Source of the DNA: Convolutriloba macropyga
Taxonomy: Eukaryota
NCBI RefSeq assembly: GCF_964194025.1
Contig: NW_027453588.1
Coordinates: 1 to 64,000, forward strand
Length of the DNA stretch: 64,000 nucleotides
Reading direction: 5' to 3'
The notes under the pieces are model-generated. The model was given only the letters and a program-made list of their open reading frames with translations, searched no databases and was not told the DNA's origin. This document shows positions 63,186 through 64,000 of this stretch, one piece after another. The translations under genes and the position numbers were made by a program. Each line of letters begins with the position of its first letter. Positions within the stretch are counted from its first letter, which is position 1.

Positions 63186-63239
63186 TGTTTTTACGAGCGT
63201 TGCATGTTTTTACGAGCGTTGCATGTTTTTACGAGCGTT
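63186..63239. repeat. 19 bp tandem repeat x ~2.8
   Basis: TGTTTTTACGAGCGTTGCA repeated. Confidence 0.9.
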
Positions 63240-63955
63240 CCAAAAAAGTCACGAAGTTAGTGTCAGCAGCAAGACAAAACAGAATAGAAAATAAGACAAC
63301 GGCAGCGTAAAAAAGGTTGTTAATCCAGAAAATAAAGAGAAAACGGCCACAAACACCTCTCATCACACAACAAAAAAGCAAACGTAGCTTGTCTCTAATT
63401 TCAGCCCTACGCACAAGCACACTCAAGAAAAAATGAGGACAGAGTTTGAAAGAGCAACAAAAGAAAAATAAACAGAGCTTAATCCGTATCATTCAAACGA
63501 TTGCACAGCAAAATCCAACACCCCCTGAATTAAGCCTAAAAATCGGTTATTGCTCCCCAACCCAGCCATGACCTGTTCAACATTACGCCGCGCCAAAAAA
63601 CGAGGAAACTCAGATCTCAGTTCGGTAAGCCGGATTAAGAAAGGTATTAAATACTGAAAACAATACACTTAAACTATGATAAATTTAATTATTAAATCAT
63701 TAGTTATGGTAACCACCAAATATGTTTGTAGTTTGCAGAAATGTACAATAAATAAATACATTGTCTAATTGTTTGTTTCTGGTCAAGGGAAGTTTGTTAT
63801 AATGGTGAGTACCACTCCCTTAATTCATAGCTTTGAAATTCATTGTAGTTCTGATTTAATCTTTTTTTTATTTTTTATTTTGAAAATTGTTGCTATTTCA
63901 TTTGAAACGTACTTGGTAACTTTTCAGCCTCTTGTCATTTCTTGTTTATAAAAGA

Positions 63956-64000
63956 GCATCACGTGTTACATAATTCATTGTCTGAGGCGGAAGAAAAATT
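63956..64000 (+). repeat. Dispersed repeat also present at ~47829-47870
   Basis: ATCAC(G/A)TG(T/A)TACAT..TT(C/A)ATTGTCTGAGGCGGAAGAAAA shared; this copy is truncated by the window edge. Confidence 0.7.

Overview
AT-rich eukaryotic (invertebrate animal) genomic DNA dominated by transposable elements; no prokaryotic operon, rRNA, tRNA or CRISPR signal. Host genes: two exons of a class A GPCR on the minus strand (7370-7102 and 2631-2239; 3' exons not located) and two intact two-exon TTC38-like paralogs on the plus strand (15693-18442, 41176-43574) sharing a ~240 bp gene-conversion-like tract. Between the paralogs are two head-to-head Helentron/DINE-1-like non-autonomous elements (18988-28143 minus; 29020-40265 plus). 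In the first, the central repeats have expanded into a ~7 kb higher-order satellite (13 units of ~535-590 bp); the second carries a nested, degraded full-length BEL/Pao LTR element (30297-38640). An older BEL/Pao relic with a duplicated protease region lies at ~8830-13100. The best-preserved and most interesting element is an 11.7 kb Ty3/Gypsy provirus (48595-60325, minus) with 1.52 kb ~98% identical LTRs, a perfect CTTTC TSD, a tRNA-Arg-like PBS, gag, pol with an unusually long RNaseH-integrase spacer, and a third ORF encoding a class I fusion (F-type) envelope protein preceded by a splice acceptor, i.e. an errantivirus-like endogenous retrovirus. Several MITE/foldback elements, a Tc1 relic and micro/minisatellites fill the rest. 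All identities and mismatch counts are by eye; no database searches were run.
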